Positions 22,530 through 35,589 of a stretch of DNA of 64,000 bases are shown here, in pieces; the stretch's first letter is position 1; each line of letters begins with the position of its first letter. This DNA is from the human T2T-CHM13v2.0 reference genome, Homo sapiens: NCBI RefSeq assembly GCF_009914755.1, contig NC_060927.1. The stretch is one strand, 5' to 3'. A program made the position numbers and the translations under genes. Below the pieces are notes generated by a model, which was not told the DNA's origin, made no database searches, and was given only the letters and a program-made list of their open reading frames with translations.

Positions 22530-24009
22530 CAGAACAGGAAACTCTGAGCACCAGAACTAACCTGCTTCCTTAGGAACGATGTGCCACGCAAATCTTGCCT
22601 GGGCCCATCACGTCCAATCAACTTCAGAGACAGAAGCCGGATTTTTGGTTCCCAGTGTTTTCTTGCCATGTGCTGCAGCCTCCACCTTATTGTCCTCAAC
22701 ATTTTAGGACAAAGGCTGTTTCACAAAACAGCCTCATGTTGTTGCTGCCATGGGGAATGCAGGAGACAGGTCCTTGTCCTGAGAGGGATTAAGTGGCTTA
22801 GAGAGAAAAGCAGGGCACAAAAGGTCGGTGCTGAGATCTCTCAAGGGGATTGACAGCTGAGCCAAGAGGAGGGGCTGGAATAAGAGGAGAGAGGCTGCCC
22901 CTGGAAAAAGGAAATCTCCTTTTCTCAGGGTGTCCTTGAAATATCAAGGAGGATGCTTTGGATTTCTGCCTTTCTGTGAGGTTAGGGGTTGAGTTATTAT
23001 ATTGGGATATTAAAGACATCTGTTAATTGATACATATATATTAAATATAAAATGTCATAATATATGTGTGTGTATATATGTATGTGTAACACAGTTGAAA
23101 TCATACTGTCCACACATTGTATATCTTGCTTTTTCTTCTAAGTATTATATTTCAAACATTCTCCCATGTCATTAAAGACTCTCCATAAACATCAGTTTAG
23201 GGCTTTTATCTTTTAACAGCCGTTGAATTTCCCTCCCTCTGCCTCCCCATCCCCAGACCTCCCTGTTCCTGCTGCCCACTTGCATTGTTTTATACATTTT
23301 TTTTGGCTGAGCTGAAGGAGGGGCCTCTGACAAGGTCTTCGGTGGGCTCAATTATGGAAAACATGGACTGAGTCATGCGACAAGTGATTGCTGTGTTCCT
23401 CCCGTCAGTTAGGAGAGCCATCACGAAGATACGTCCAGAGCGCAGGCACAATTTAGTTATTTGCCATTGTGGTTAATGAAAAGATGAAATTGGAGCCTAT
23501 GAGCACAACATGTAGGCAGTACCATAATTAGCCCTTTGGAAGGTGAAGGATCCACTTTAAAATAAAAGAAAATAGCTTTATTCCCACAATGAAATGGCTG
23601 CAATTTTTCAGCTAATGCAAAACCTGCAGTATTTCTGTAATTATGTCCCCTAGGTCTATAATGCACTGTAATTTCCTCCTTTCTTTTTCTTTTTCCTCTT
23701 TCTTTTTTACTCCTAAGTACATTCCCTTTAGTACAAAGAAGGCTAAATAATATTATTTGCAAACAGATGGAAAAATCTCTTACCTACATAATGAATGCAT
23801 TGTATTCTGGTGAAAAGTAAAACATAAAAGGCCAAATAATTAAGTTATTTGCCTAGTAGAGCTGTGCTGTCTAAAATTTGCCAAACTTGTACAGGTGAGA
23901 CTTGGCCTTGCCTCCTGATGAAAGAGCAGGTGCTCCGAATAAGGAAGGGCTGTTTTCTGGGAGGTGACTGACTGCTATGGAAAATCACAAGTGGGATGGG
24001 CAGCAAAGA

Positions 24010-24190
24010 ATTTGGGACCAAAAAACCTGGGCTCTGCCCCAGACCAGACCTGAGACCATCACCTCACCTCTCTGTGCCTCAGTTTCCTCACCTGTAAAAT
24101 GCATAAAAATCCCAACTTTGTAGGCCAGTGTCAAGCACATGAAGGTGCCTAGTGCAGTGCCTGAAATGTGGTCAGGGCTCAGCAACAGTA
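24010..24190 (+). mobile_element. MIR
   Basis: 'acctctctgtgcctcagtttcctcacctgtaaaatg' core. Confidence 0.8.
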
Positions 24191-24349
24191 ATTATTTCTT
24201 TTACCCTGTGACCTTTAATGAATGAACATTTAACATAGGGAGAACCTGAGCCAAGAATGACTCTTTGGCTTCTAAAGACTGATGGCTCCAGAAATCTAGA
24301 AGATGGGCAATGTAAGAATATTTTGATTTTTTCGAGGCAGCATGTTGAG

Positions 24350-24520
24350 AGGTTTTGCAGCAAACAATCTTGCAAGACAGATGCTGTTATTCCTGTTTTA
24401 CACTTGAGGAAACAGAGGCTCAGCACATTGCCCAAGGCCACATATCTTCTAAGTAGCTGAGCCAAGACTTCAATTTCATTCTATCTCATTTCAGAGCCTA
24501 CACTCAATTCTCTGCACCTT
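24350..24520 (-). mobile_element. MIR
   Basis: 'ttttacacttgaggaaacagaggctcagcacattgcccaaggccaca'. Confidence 0.75.
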
Positions 24521-24609
24521 TGCTCAAATTCTGTCTTGAATTTACCATGTACTAATTTTTCATCTGTGAAATGGGCATATTGCTTGTCAGCCTGGTCAAA
24601 TGCATGGCC

Positions 24610-24800
24610 TTTGTCAGCAGGTAGACCTGAATCTATGCTCCAGAACTTTCATCACACATCTTGTGTGACTTTAGGCAAGGAACTTAACATACCATCTGTA
24701 AAATAAGAGAAACTATCTCTTAAATTCCATGGACATAAAAGAGGTAGCGTTTGTAAAGCAATTGTGTAAAGTACCTGGCATGTTATAAGCATTCACTAAA
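24610..24800 (+). mobile_element. MIR
   Basis: 'tgtgtgactttaggcaaggaacttaac...catctgtaaaataag...gtacctggcatgttataagcattca'. Confidence 0.65.
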
Positions 24801-25529
24801 AAAACAAGCAAACAAAAAAACTTTTATGATATTACCTCCAGTGTGTCTGTTGTGAGGATTTATTGAGGTCACAAACAGGAAAGTCTTTATAACTTGGGAA
24901 GTCTTAGGTCCACATTTGCCCCCAACCAGACTTTGTATCACCAGCTTCCATGCCTCTCCTAGTAGTAGTGGCCATGAGGCCTTGTAACCTGGTGTGAGCA
25001 AATTATCCCTACACCTCTTAATGCTTTCAACTCCGAAATGTCCCCCGCACTGAGGGGACAGTTACTATATGAAAATGTTTCCATGAGGCTTCAGCAGCCA
25101 GTGCAGAGGCTTAAGCAGCAATCCTCCCTTCCTGATTAGTTCCACTGCAGACCTTAGTCAAACAGAGTCTGTGTTCCATCAGCACACAGTACCAAGACCT
25201 GTCAGGGACAAGGGGATGGGGAGTAGATGATCTGTGATTAAAAATTCACTGCAGATCACCAGCCAACAAATTGTGCCCTTCAGGAAGACTAAAAATTGAC
25301 TGCAGTGTCAATTTACTGCCCCAGCCTGGGAATCTGTGCCCTGATCTGGAGATAGAGAAGTCACTGTCTTTGTCAGATATGAGGGTCAGGTGGTAGTGGT
25401 GGGGGAAAGTCAGACTAGCTAGGATAGGAAGGGGAGTGTATGATGTTCCTTGGGGGTCAGGTCTCCCCCTTTCTTTCCTCCTCCTCTCCCTCCCTAACTT
25501 CCTCTCTTTCTTTTCTCTTTTCATCCCTC

Positions 25530-25930
25530 CTTTCTTTCATTTCCACAAATAGTTATTGAGTCCCTGATGAGCTAGGTCCTGGTCTAGGCACTGAGCTAGA
25601 GAATGAATCTCACCTGAACTAGTCTCAAGGGGTACAGAGAAGTAAAGGACAATGACACTCACTGATTAGCCATGATAAAGGGAAGCACAGGCACTATGGG
25701 AGCTCATGGGAGCTCAGCCTTGGGGGTGGTGGTGGGGTGTCCAGGAAAGTGTTCTAGAAGAAATGGCACCTCAGCTGAGCTTTTAGGAGTGTTGGAGGGG
25801 GGGACTTAGAAGAGCCTCGGAAATGGCCCAGTGATACGTGGGGGATGCAAGTCTTTGGCATGAGTGGAGGTGGGGTGGCAGTACAGGAGAGCAAGCATGG
25901 GAAAGGTGAGGCTGGAGGGCAGCATTCTAG
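25530..25930 (-). mobile_element. L2 3' region
   Basis: 'cacaaatagttattgagtccctgatgagctaggtcctggtctaggcactg...gcactatgggagc...ggaaagtgttctagaagaaatggcacctcagctgag'. Confidence 0.65.
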
Positions 25931-26613
25931 CCAGGCTGCAGGAGAAGAATTGGGTCAGACAGGCCCATCATGTGTCTGGTGGCCTCAAATCCCAATGCTT
26001 CCATTTAGCAGCTGGGTAATGTGAGCAAGTTTCTCATGTAGAGAGACTCGGTTTCCTTATCTATGTCAAATGGTCATTCTAACTCCCACCTCATAGGGTT
26101 TAATTACACAATCATGCTACCTAGAGTGTAAGAAGGGGTCCCTCTGAAGAGACAGAGCATGCCCCAACACATCTGGCCAAGGTTACCAACCATTTTCTCT
26201 GGGTACAGATGGAAATAGGACATTTAGCAATAGGCAGACTGGTTTCTAACGTAATCTTCCCAGACCCCAAAATCTCCAAGACAGTGTCTGGCTCATCTGG
26301 GCACTCAGCAAATAGTACCTGATTCTCCCAGATGTGGGGACTGGAGAGCTGTGGGATGGTACACTAGGCAGGCTCATGACTAGCTGGTAAGCCTTTCCTC
26401 TCTGGGAGAATTATCTATTGCCAAACCCTTTGAAGTTCATAATGTAGCTGGAGCCATAGAACCCATAGTGTCCCAGTGGTCTCCAGGTTCTAACCTCTCT
26501 GTTGATGTGTGAGGTTTAAGGGGAGCTCTCTGTGTTTGTGCAGCCTGAAGGCAGTCACTACCATCAGCCAATGTGGTGCATGTGGCACATGGTTGAGGCC
26601 CTCACCTCAGCCA

Positions 26614-26888
<275 letters not shown>

Positions 26889-27015
26889 TTACATCACATT
26901 TATTAAACTTTTCTAAATAACTCCTTTAAAAAATTCCCTCAGTAGCTGCCTCTGTTTCTCCTTTCTTTACATCTTCCCTCCTCAGCCTTTCCAGGCATGC
27001 TTTTCTCTCCCACCC

Positions 27016-27115
27016 TAGGGTCACCATGTTGCATAACTCCAGGTAGTGCTATTCACACCACAGTCCATGTGTCTGGTGTCCCTTGTCCTCTGTGAGGTTA
27101 CACTTGGTGGCCCTG
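27016..27115. mobile_element. MER91-like palindromic MITE (hAT-Tip100)
   Basis: Terminal inverted repeats tagggtcacca...tggtggccctg and an internal 'tgcataactccagg...attcaca' motif. Confidence 0.55.
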
Positions 27116-27304
27116 CTACACCTTCTTTAAAAACGTAACATTAGCACAGTATCTCCAGCTGATCACCTATACCAGGACATGTTTGCTGCCCCTGACCTTG
27201 GCCATCCATCATCCCACCTCAAGCACTTTCTAATGGTGACCGTTCAGTGTAGGCCTATGTGAACACAACCTTCCTGCAAGGGAGTGGAATGCCTCAAGCC
27301 AGAG

Positions 27305-27440
27305 CTTAATATCTCAGTTTTACACATGGGCAAACTGAGGCTCTGAGAAGCAAGTTAAACTGCCAAGTTGACACAGCTGCCAAGAGGCACAGCTGGCAAT
27401 CCCTCTACCCCAAGCCTTTGCTCTTCACCATTGCACACTC
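27305..27440 (-). mobile_element. MIR
   Basis: 'ttttacacatgggcaaactgaggctctgagaag'. Confidence 0.7.
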
Positions 27441-27629
27441 CTTATCTTTCTATTTGGATCGTGGAAGGAAAGATTGTGCTCCATCTTTATATTTCATTAT
27501 TCCTTTATGGTTTATCATAATGCTGTGTACATGCTAGAGACTGAATGAAAGAATTAATGGCAAAAAAGGTCAAAACCTTTTACATTATCAATGATTCAAC
27601 AGCATGTTGCATTTCTACTCTATGCAAAA

Positions 27630-27880
27630 AAGTAGCATGGTGATTTAGTACATAGACTATGGCACCAGATAGCCTGTGTTCCAAATCCAGCTCTACCACT
27701 GGCTGTGTGAATTTGAGCAAGGTACTTAACCTCTTTGTGCATCAGCTTCCATATCTGTAATTTTGAGATAATTACCTTATATAATATAATTGTGAATAAA
27801 TCAGTTAATACTTAGAATATACTTAGAACAAAGCCTATACTTTAGTAACTGCTATATAAGTTTAAGTTATTGTTATAGCT
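27630..27880 (+). mobile_element. MIR, near full length
   Basis: tRNA-like head, core 'gagcaaggtacttaacctctttgtgcatcagcttccatatctgtaa', and tail. Confidence 0.8.
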
Positions 27881-30800
27881 AAAACTATTGGCTGTTAATT
27901 CTCCAGCTTGACTATTCTGAAGGATAATAAAGTTAAAAACAGCAGCTAGCTCCTGTTCATTCAAGAGGTCTTGAGGCTTGGGCAGTAGTTTTGAGGGTAT
28001 TTTAACAACTTTGCTGATTGGTGAAAAATAGAATTGATCAGCAGGCCAACCTCTCCAATCTTGGCCCAGGTGCAGATTCGATTATAACTGGAGCTTAAAT
28101 CACACCCTCTGGCTGCCTCAGAAAGCACAGGCAATCCTCAGCCCCTGCTCCTTGGGCACATGCTAATTTGCATGTCTGCATTCAAGTCAACCAAATGAAA
28201 CTAGTATGATGATGGCAGAGAAAGTCAGGCATTTTTTTTCTCTCCTGCATCTAACAGAGGAGTATAGTCCTTTAATGGAACACATGAATTTAGTCATTCA
28301 TTCCTTTAGGACATCCACTAAATCAAAATAATAGATCCCACATCCCCAAGCAATGGAAATTCCATTGACTAACTCAAGGTACAACAAGAAGGTGATCTAG
28401 ACATCTAACTTTGTAGCTGGAATTTTGAAGTGCGTGGAAATTTTAATGAAACAATATACTAGCTGTCAAATCATATGCCCCAGCTTCTGTAAAAGACCAA
28501 AATAGATATTTCTCCTATGACTTCATTACTCCCTTTTCCCCCATTCTGGAATACTACTATTTCATGGCTGGGCAGAGACCCAAGCAACCAGGTTTTCTGC
28601 TGGAGGGCCCTTTTCCTCCAGCCAGTACCCGGGATTCCCTGCCAAGGTCCACGCCAAGTCTTCTGTTTCTGATATAAAAATAACCAAGATAATTGCAATG
28701 GATAAGAACGGCTTTGGAATAAGTTCTTCCCCACCCCCTTTAAGGTCTGTGGTGCTCATGTCACACCAACCCTGTTCAGCCTCTGAGCTCAGGCACAGAG
28801 CTCATCCTTCCCAGGAGAGTGCCCTGCAGGAAGGTGTGCCCAGTTCATCATAAAATTATGCACCATTTGTGCTGTTTGGGGTGCTGCTCAAATTCATAAA
28901 TCTAAACCCATAAAGGCAAGGTGAAAACTCTTCAGGAGGGAATAGGGATTTTCCTTTTACTACGGAGAAGTCAAGACATATGCATTTGCTAATACCTGCT
29001 TCCCCGTCAACACACTTCAGCCTGATTTCCAGCTGGGTAGCTCCATGGCCTTAATAGGCTGTAAGGGTGTTCATTTTTGTTAATTTTGTAGCCTACAATT
29101 TCTTTGCTGGTTTAAGTGTCCTGCAGACTGTGATTTGTTAGTTTTCATTAGAAGGGAAAAGGTGTATTCTCGCACTCTCTGACTTTCATAAATCACAGTT
29201 TCAGGTGGTTTTAGCATGCTAGAACGTTTCTGAACCCAGGCCTGACATGAATAATCCCAAGGATGTGGATCTGTGTCAGGCAGCCAGCACTTGAAGCACT
29301 TCTACGATCCTATCTGTGATTCACTGAACATTCATGCTGAAGCACAGACAAAGGTGAATTAGTTCCAGACAAAAATGCATCAATGCTCTATTGAATAGTC
29401 AATTATTAAACACATAATAGAATCTGTCGTTAGCAAGGCATGCTGAAGATGTGCCATGTTTGCACAATTTCTAACAGGAAAGAAAGGTTGGCTTATAATT
29501 TTTAAAAATAAAACAATTCAGTGGTATTTAAGGTAAACTTGGAAACACACATATTTTCTTATATGTGGGCATGAGAATCTGTTCATTATTCAGATTCTCT
29601 TTCATTTCTTCCCTTAATTAGGCCTTGGGGCCATTAACTCTTAAAATGCAGTAGTCAGCAATTATGGAGGGAATAAATCTAGGTGAATTGTCCAAAGTGG
29701 CAGACCATCCAACAATCTTTATATTTTTGATTTGTTTTGGCCTTTATTTAACTTATGTATAAATATGCATGCGCATGTCCTGAAATCACAGGGCTCTAAG
29801 CAAAGCAGTGCATCATGCAGCTTGTCTTCCTATCCTGTATTCTCGGTCTCAAAGTCTCAAATGTATGCAAAGCACCAGCTAAGAGATGGTCTTCTTTTTA
29901 ATGCAGGCTTAACTTCAGATTGCCTCAGACTATCTGGGGACAGAAAAAACTATTCAGTGGTTTGGATTTGAAGCACTACCCTTGCAGGCCCAGTGGGATG
30001 ATTAAGGACAATGATAGGCACAGGTGCTTCCACTGACCCTGCAGAAGTCAATGGGTGTGAATTGCTCTAAGTTCGGCTACTAGCTATGTGTCTTTGGGTA
30101 AACTACCTCTACTCTGGTTACACTAATCTACAAAATGGATGGGTTGAATGGAAAAATAAAATAATTATTAAAAAAATCTTTGGTGGTACATGAACATATT
30201 GAAATCAGATGCCAAATTTTGGGTGCATATGTGATTTATTGAATAGTCTTAATTCAGTTGGGTTATAAGCATGAGATGATTTCATTTTCTCTAATCATTG
30301 CCTTTAGCTATGTATGTTGACTCTTTTCAGACCTTAGCAACATCTTGGGCAGAATCCATCACTTTTCTGTCACTTTCAGTTATCAGAAATTGAGTCCAGT
30401 TCAAAGTTTCAATCCGAAGCTCAATTTGGATCTCCTCTCCTCTCCTCTCCTCCTCCAGTGAAGATTTTACCCATGACTCTAGGAACTTGTAGGAGCAAGG
30501 TAGTTATAATTTGTTCCCTTGCCTGGCACCACAGAGTTGGGGGTCTGGGATATGTCTTTCAGACACCTGCTCCCCTTTATCCCTTTGGTCTGGGTCCTTC
30601 AAGGTTGAGAGCAAGGAGAAGAAAAAGAGACAGCAGAAGTCTTTCATCACATCTGAGAACTGGTTAGTGGAACGGAGGCAGGGGCTGCTGGCCTCCCTGA
30701 GGTTTGGGGCAGTCTTAACTCTGGCTGGTGGCTGATATGGCAATCCCCACATCAATGATGTACGTGGGCTTTGGGGTCGGTGTTCAACTTTCCCTTAACT

Positions 30801-32122
30801 GGGGACTTACCCATAAAGAGACAGCCAAGACTCTTCATTCTATCCCATAGTCTACATTCATAACTCCTTTTCTGGGGGCCATGACATGGAAGAGGGTCCT
30901 TTCTTGCACTAGGTGTGAGTCACACATGTTAGTGATAGTGGTGGGGGCTCTCTACACCATCTTCCTCATGACACTGCTGATGTGGGCTGCTGCCAGTCTC
31001 CTACCTTCAGAAATTTCTAGGAGAGAAGCAGGCCTCAGCCTCTGTATAGACATATACCCCAAATAGCAAGGAACACATATCAAACTTTCCCCAAAATGCA
31101 TTACCAGCCTTCACTCCATCCAGCATCCATATTAGAGGGCCTATGAGTGCTAAGTTTGCCAAGTCACCTATGGGTATGTGATGCCAGCACTCTCCTCTTG
31201 CAGGCTCCCTCAATCCCTGTAAGTTCATCTATTGGAGCCTCCTGCACCTGACTCTGGCAGGGGAGTGTGATCCTCTTCTCCACCAACATCCCTTCTCCTT
31301 GGGACAGTCCCCTTTACCCTTGTTAAACAGACTGGTAAAGGACAGTGTGGCCCATGGCTGGAGATGGCAGGCCTGGCTCTGCCATTTCATCCAAGCCTTG
31401 GGGTGGGGTGTGAATGTCTGGCTCTAACTGCTTTGGGCTCACCATAGAATGTAGGATACATGATGACTCGTTTCTCCCGAGGTTGGGGTTAGTGATAATC
31501 CCGGCACTACCAGAAAAAAATCACATTTAATGTTTTGTTAAAGTGTGTATATTTGTGCTTTTCTGATTTCATTGGATCCTCACAGGGTTATGTGACTCAA
31601 AAAAGATTAAGATCTACTGAAATATGTGATGTCCAAGGGACTTCTGTTTTTCAAAGCTGTGACTTTAGTCAGGACTGAGGGTCATTTGTGTTTCAACATA
31701 AATTAGGCAGGTTGGTAAGACAAAGCCACCCTTTCTGCACCTGTCCCTGTGGCAGAAACTGAACGCTGAGTGGCTGTGCAGTCTTCCAAAAAAAGCCTTG
31801 AAAGGAGGAAAGATATGAAAGGGAGACCTCACACCTCTGGGCAGGGGCAGGGTCTCTTTGGTCAGGGAGGCCATGGCTAATGTTGGTTCCCCCTCCCCCA
31901 AGAAATGGAGGCAGAAAAGTCCCTCCATGAAGATAGGTTCCATAGTAGGCCTGTGAGATGGCGCTGTGGGACCTGTCACAGGGGGAAGATCAGGGAAACA
32001 GAAGATGGCACCCAGTGGCAGCCCCCTGAAGAAGTAATGTCCTTTGAGGTGAATTGCTTCCAATCTTGCCACTTCTTGTTTATTTACTCCAGAATTTTTA
32101 ATGAAGCCTAATCCAGGGGGCC

Positions 32123-32549
32123 TGATATAGTTTGAGTATTTTTTCCCCTTCAAATCTTATGTTGAAGTTTGATCCCCAGTGTTGAAGGTAGGGCCTGGTA
32201 GGGGGTGTTTGGGTTGTGGGGGCAGAAAGCTCATAACCAACTTGGTGCTATTCTCCTCTTGGTAATGTGTGAGTGCTAACTGTATTAGTTCCTGCAAGAT
32301 CTGATTGTTGAAAAGATCCTGGCAACTCTTCCCCACTCTCTTGTTTCCTCTCTTGCCATGTGACACACCTGGTCCCCTTCCCCTTCTGACATGAGTGGAA
32401 GTAGCTCTAGTCCCTAGCTGGGAGCAGATGCTGGTGCCTTGCTTCTTGTGCAGTCTGCAGAACCATGAGCCAAATAAACTTCTTTTTAAAAATACATAAA
32501 TTACCTAGCCTCAGGTATTCCTTTATAGAAACACAAACAGACTAAGACA
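32123..32549 (+). mobile_element. MSTB-like MaLR solo LTR
   Basis: Starts 'tgatatagtttg', ends 'cagactaagaca' (427 bp); 'gaaccatgagccaaataaac' polyA region. Confidence 0.9.
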
Positions 32550-32673
32550 GAGATCTTTCTGGTTTCAGCTCCACCTCCAGGCATGAGGGAAGGCCCTTAG
32601 CATCCAAGTGATCCTCTCCTTCCCTCATCCCCATATAACTCACCCAGACACTGGTGTGTAGGCAGCAGCCCTT

Positions 32674-32900
32674 CTTAGTTAGGGCAGGCTGGGCTATATT
32701 GTGGTAACAAAACAAGTCTTAAATCCCAGTAGCTTAGCTCAACAGGGGTTTTGTTTTCACTTAAAGAAAGTCTGATATGGTTCAGTAAGGGCCTCTGCTG
32801 GTGACTCAGGGACCCAGACTCCCTCCATTTTGAAATGCCAGTATCTTCATACATGTCCTCTGTGATCCCCATGGCAGAGGAAGAGAGGGATGGGGAAGAT
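32674..32900 (-). mobile_element. MLT1 LTR fragment
   Basis: 'ctgggctatattgtggtaacaaaacaagtcttaaatcccagtagctta...actcagggacccagact'. Confidence 0.6.
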
Positions 32901-33589
32901 CTCTTCCTGAGTCAACCTTGGATGTCCTGGGCTTTAATTTCCTTAATGAATGTTACATTTCTTCATAGACACTTCCAAGCATTTGTCATGTCCAGGGATA
33001 TTTCTATCTCCACAATAGATTATTGTAATGTACTTGCCCAATAATGTTACAATGAGTTAGGGCTGGATTTGTCTGAGCTGCCCTAGGTCTGGTAATGACA
33101 CTGTACATTTATATAGCCCTTTTATTTTCCAAGAGCTTTCAGATTTATCATCTCATTTCACTCTTTCAAAATCTTTCTGAGGGCTGATGGCCCACTTCCT
33201 CCCTGCATTGTCCAGTTAGAGAAGTGAGGGCAGCAGGGTTCAGAACCTCACTTTCACCCCCACAGGTAGATCTTGCAGAGGCCTGTGTGACCAATTTAAT
33301 GATGTAGTAATAATGCAGTTGGTTCCCATCAAATCCTTGTTGATTGAATCCTAAGTGGATTATCTGGGTTTCTGGTTTTATTGGGGAGGTGGGGGTTTGA
33401 GGATGGGAGGGAGTTGAATATATCGGTTCTTGAAATTCCCAGAAGAGAATTTTTTTAAGGCTCTTGAAAATGTGTTAGAACTGTCAAGAAAAAAATGGCA
33501 TTCTAAATTGTTAAAATCCAATCACAGCTGTTTGGTATGAGACAGCATAAAATTGCATTTTTTTTTAAACAAAAGAAGAAATAAAAATA

Positions 33590-34527
33590 GAGACTTTGAG
33601 TTAAACAGGGCGACTTGCACACATGCATTTATTTCTACTCTCTCCTGATAGATCAATAAAATAGCAGAAAAAAGAAATAAAAATTATGTAAATCTGCAAA
33701 GACAAAGAGAATAGGAGCAAATATGACAGTGGGTGATAGATCCATACTTTGGGGAAGGTGGGATGCAGGTTAAGGAGATGGCTGGAATGCATTATCTGAA
33801 GCAGGGATGCAGTGAGAACTTAACTGCTTCACGCCCAGAGCCAAAATTCCAGGAGTGGGGAGGCAAGGGTAAGACTCAGACGGACAGATAGAATGCAAGT
33901 CTGTACAAGGAGCAGGTAGACTGAAGTCCTCCTCTTCTTTGGCTGGTCGTGGGAGATGACTCCAAAGAAACTCTATCAGTGAGGCCTGAACTGAGGATAT
34001 TAACCCAGGACAGAGGGGGTTCTGGGGGATGGTGTTGAAAACACAGGGGTCAACTCAAAGTCCACAATTGACTGGGGAGAGCCCAATGCCTCTCCTTTGC
34101 TCAGCCCCCACAAGAATGCTGACTACCTGGCTTATCACCCTCATGTAGAATCATTCCAGAACAGAGAATAAAAAAGCAGAAAAAGGAACAAAATGACAAA
34201 AAAGAAAGAAAGAAAATAAATTACAGATTGAATCTATGAGGCCTAAACTTAACTAATAGGAGCTTCAGAAAGAGAGAACAGAAGATTGGTGGAAGGAAAT
34301 TATCAAAGAGATAATAAAAGTATATTTCCCAGAACTGAAGGACTTGAGTTTCAGATAGAAAGAGCCTGCCACATGCTTAGCACATGAAAAATGTGCTACA
34401 CCAAGGCCAGAGTACCAGAGATAAAGCGAAGATCCAAAAAACTTTCAGAAGAGAGAGAAGAGGGAGAGAGAGAGAATTGTTAAAAATTAGTGGGAATCAA
34501 GACTTCTTAAGAGCAACTCAGGATGCT
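33590..34527 (+). mobile_element. HAL1 / ancient L1 5'UTR-ORF1 relic
   Basis: About 34296-34370 translates as EIIKEIIKVYFPELKDLS(frameshift)QIERA, homologous to the L1 ORF1p '..IIQENFP.L..' RRM segment; disrupted by frameshifts. Confidence 0.7.
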
Positions 34528-35589
34528 TCTCTCACCTTGCTTCTGTCCTCCAGGTTCAGTCATGCAAGTCTCCCTGACACAAAGAAAACTCACCTTAGCC
34601 CTAGCAGCCATCACAGCTATTGGGCCAGTACCCCTGAGAAGTGGAAACTCCTTGTTTCAGTTAGTACCTTAGATGCCCAGTTTCAGATGGCAGAGCTCAG
34701 ACCAGAACTCAGGGCCAACAATAGTGCTCTGGGAGAGGCTCTGTTCCATCAAAATTCGTAGCCATCTGATGTTTCCTCACTGCCCTCTAAACTGAGTCCT
34801 GTTCCCTCTTTGTTCTCTCAAAGTCATCTAAAAAGGCCATCATTCTGTCAAAATAGTTCAGTTGTTTTTGACTATTCAGAATGTTTCAACCACATTCAAT
34901 AGACACGCACTGGACATTAACTGTCTTGTATGCATTGGGCATTGTGCCAGGCTTAGTGCTTGAGGGACTCCAAAATGAGTATTGGAGGGTCCCCCAAATG
35001 AGAAACACCTGGCCCTACCCTTAAAGATTCCATGACCCAGGGCTCAGGCTTGCCCAAGTCTTGACTCAGCTCAGCCTTGAAGCTGCCCTCAACTTCCAAT
35101 GTTCACTGGATCCTTTCTTTGTGCCAGACTCTTTTTTCAGAGTTGGAGATTTAGGCACAGATAGAAAAGACACACTTTCTGCCTTTTGGAAGGTTACTGT
35201 CTTGCTAGGAGCTATGGAAGACAGAAGAGAAATCTAAGTTTTCTCTGCTTCTGAGAAAGTTACAGTCCATCTGTGAATTTAAAGCACACATCTTTAAATC
35301 TGGAGCTGGGTGGAATGGAATTCACGGCAGGTGAAGGAAGTTATTATAATTGAGGAATTTCTTGTAGATAGGGGTTTCGTCTTTTTTCTTTGCCTGAGAT
35401 TTATTAAATAGACAAACAAATACAGAAAAAATCAAGAGCATAGCTGTTCTGTTATTATAAATGCTGTGGATCAAAAAAACTTGAACTTACAGTCACTGCG
35501 GTTTTTCTCCTTCCGGGGGTGTGTACATACACTATGTCTTGAGCCAAGGATTCTTAAATAACTTCTATTAAACAATTAAGGGCCAGCCT

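Noticed and set aside
29770-29782. NRF1-like 'gcatgcgcat'
   Set aside because: Partial motif in CpG-poor, probably methylated context.
31949-31967. CTCF-like 'ctgtgagatggcgctg' (also 'cccctagagggggc' near 51530)
   Set aside because: Mismatches at high-information positions of the core.
31665-32153. Longest ORF (162 aa, minus strand)
   Set aside because: Non-ATG start inside the MSTB LTR, no domain or exon structure; consistent with chance.
34384-34761. 125-aa ORF beginning in the HAL1/L1 relic
   Set aside because: Only the N-terminal part overlaps decayed ORF1 sequence; the rest reads through into flanking DNA.
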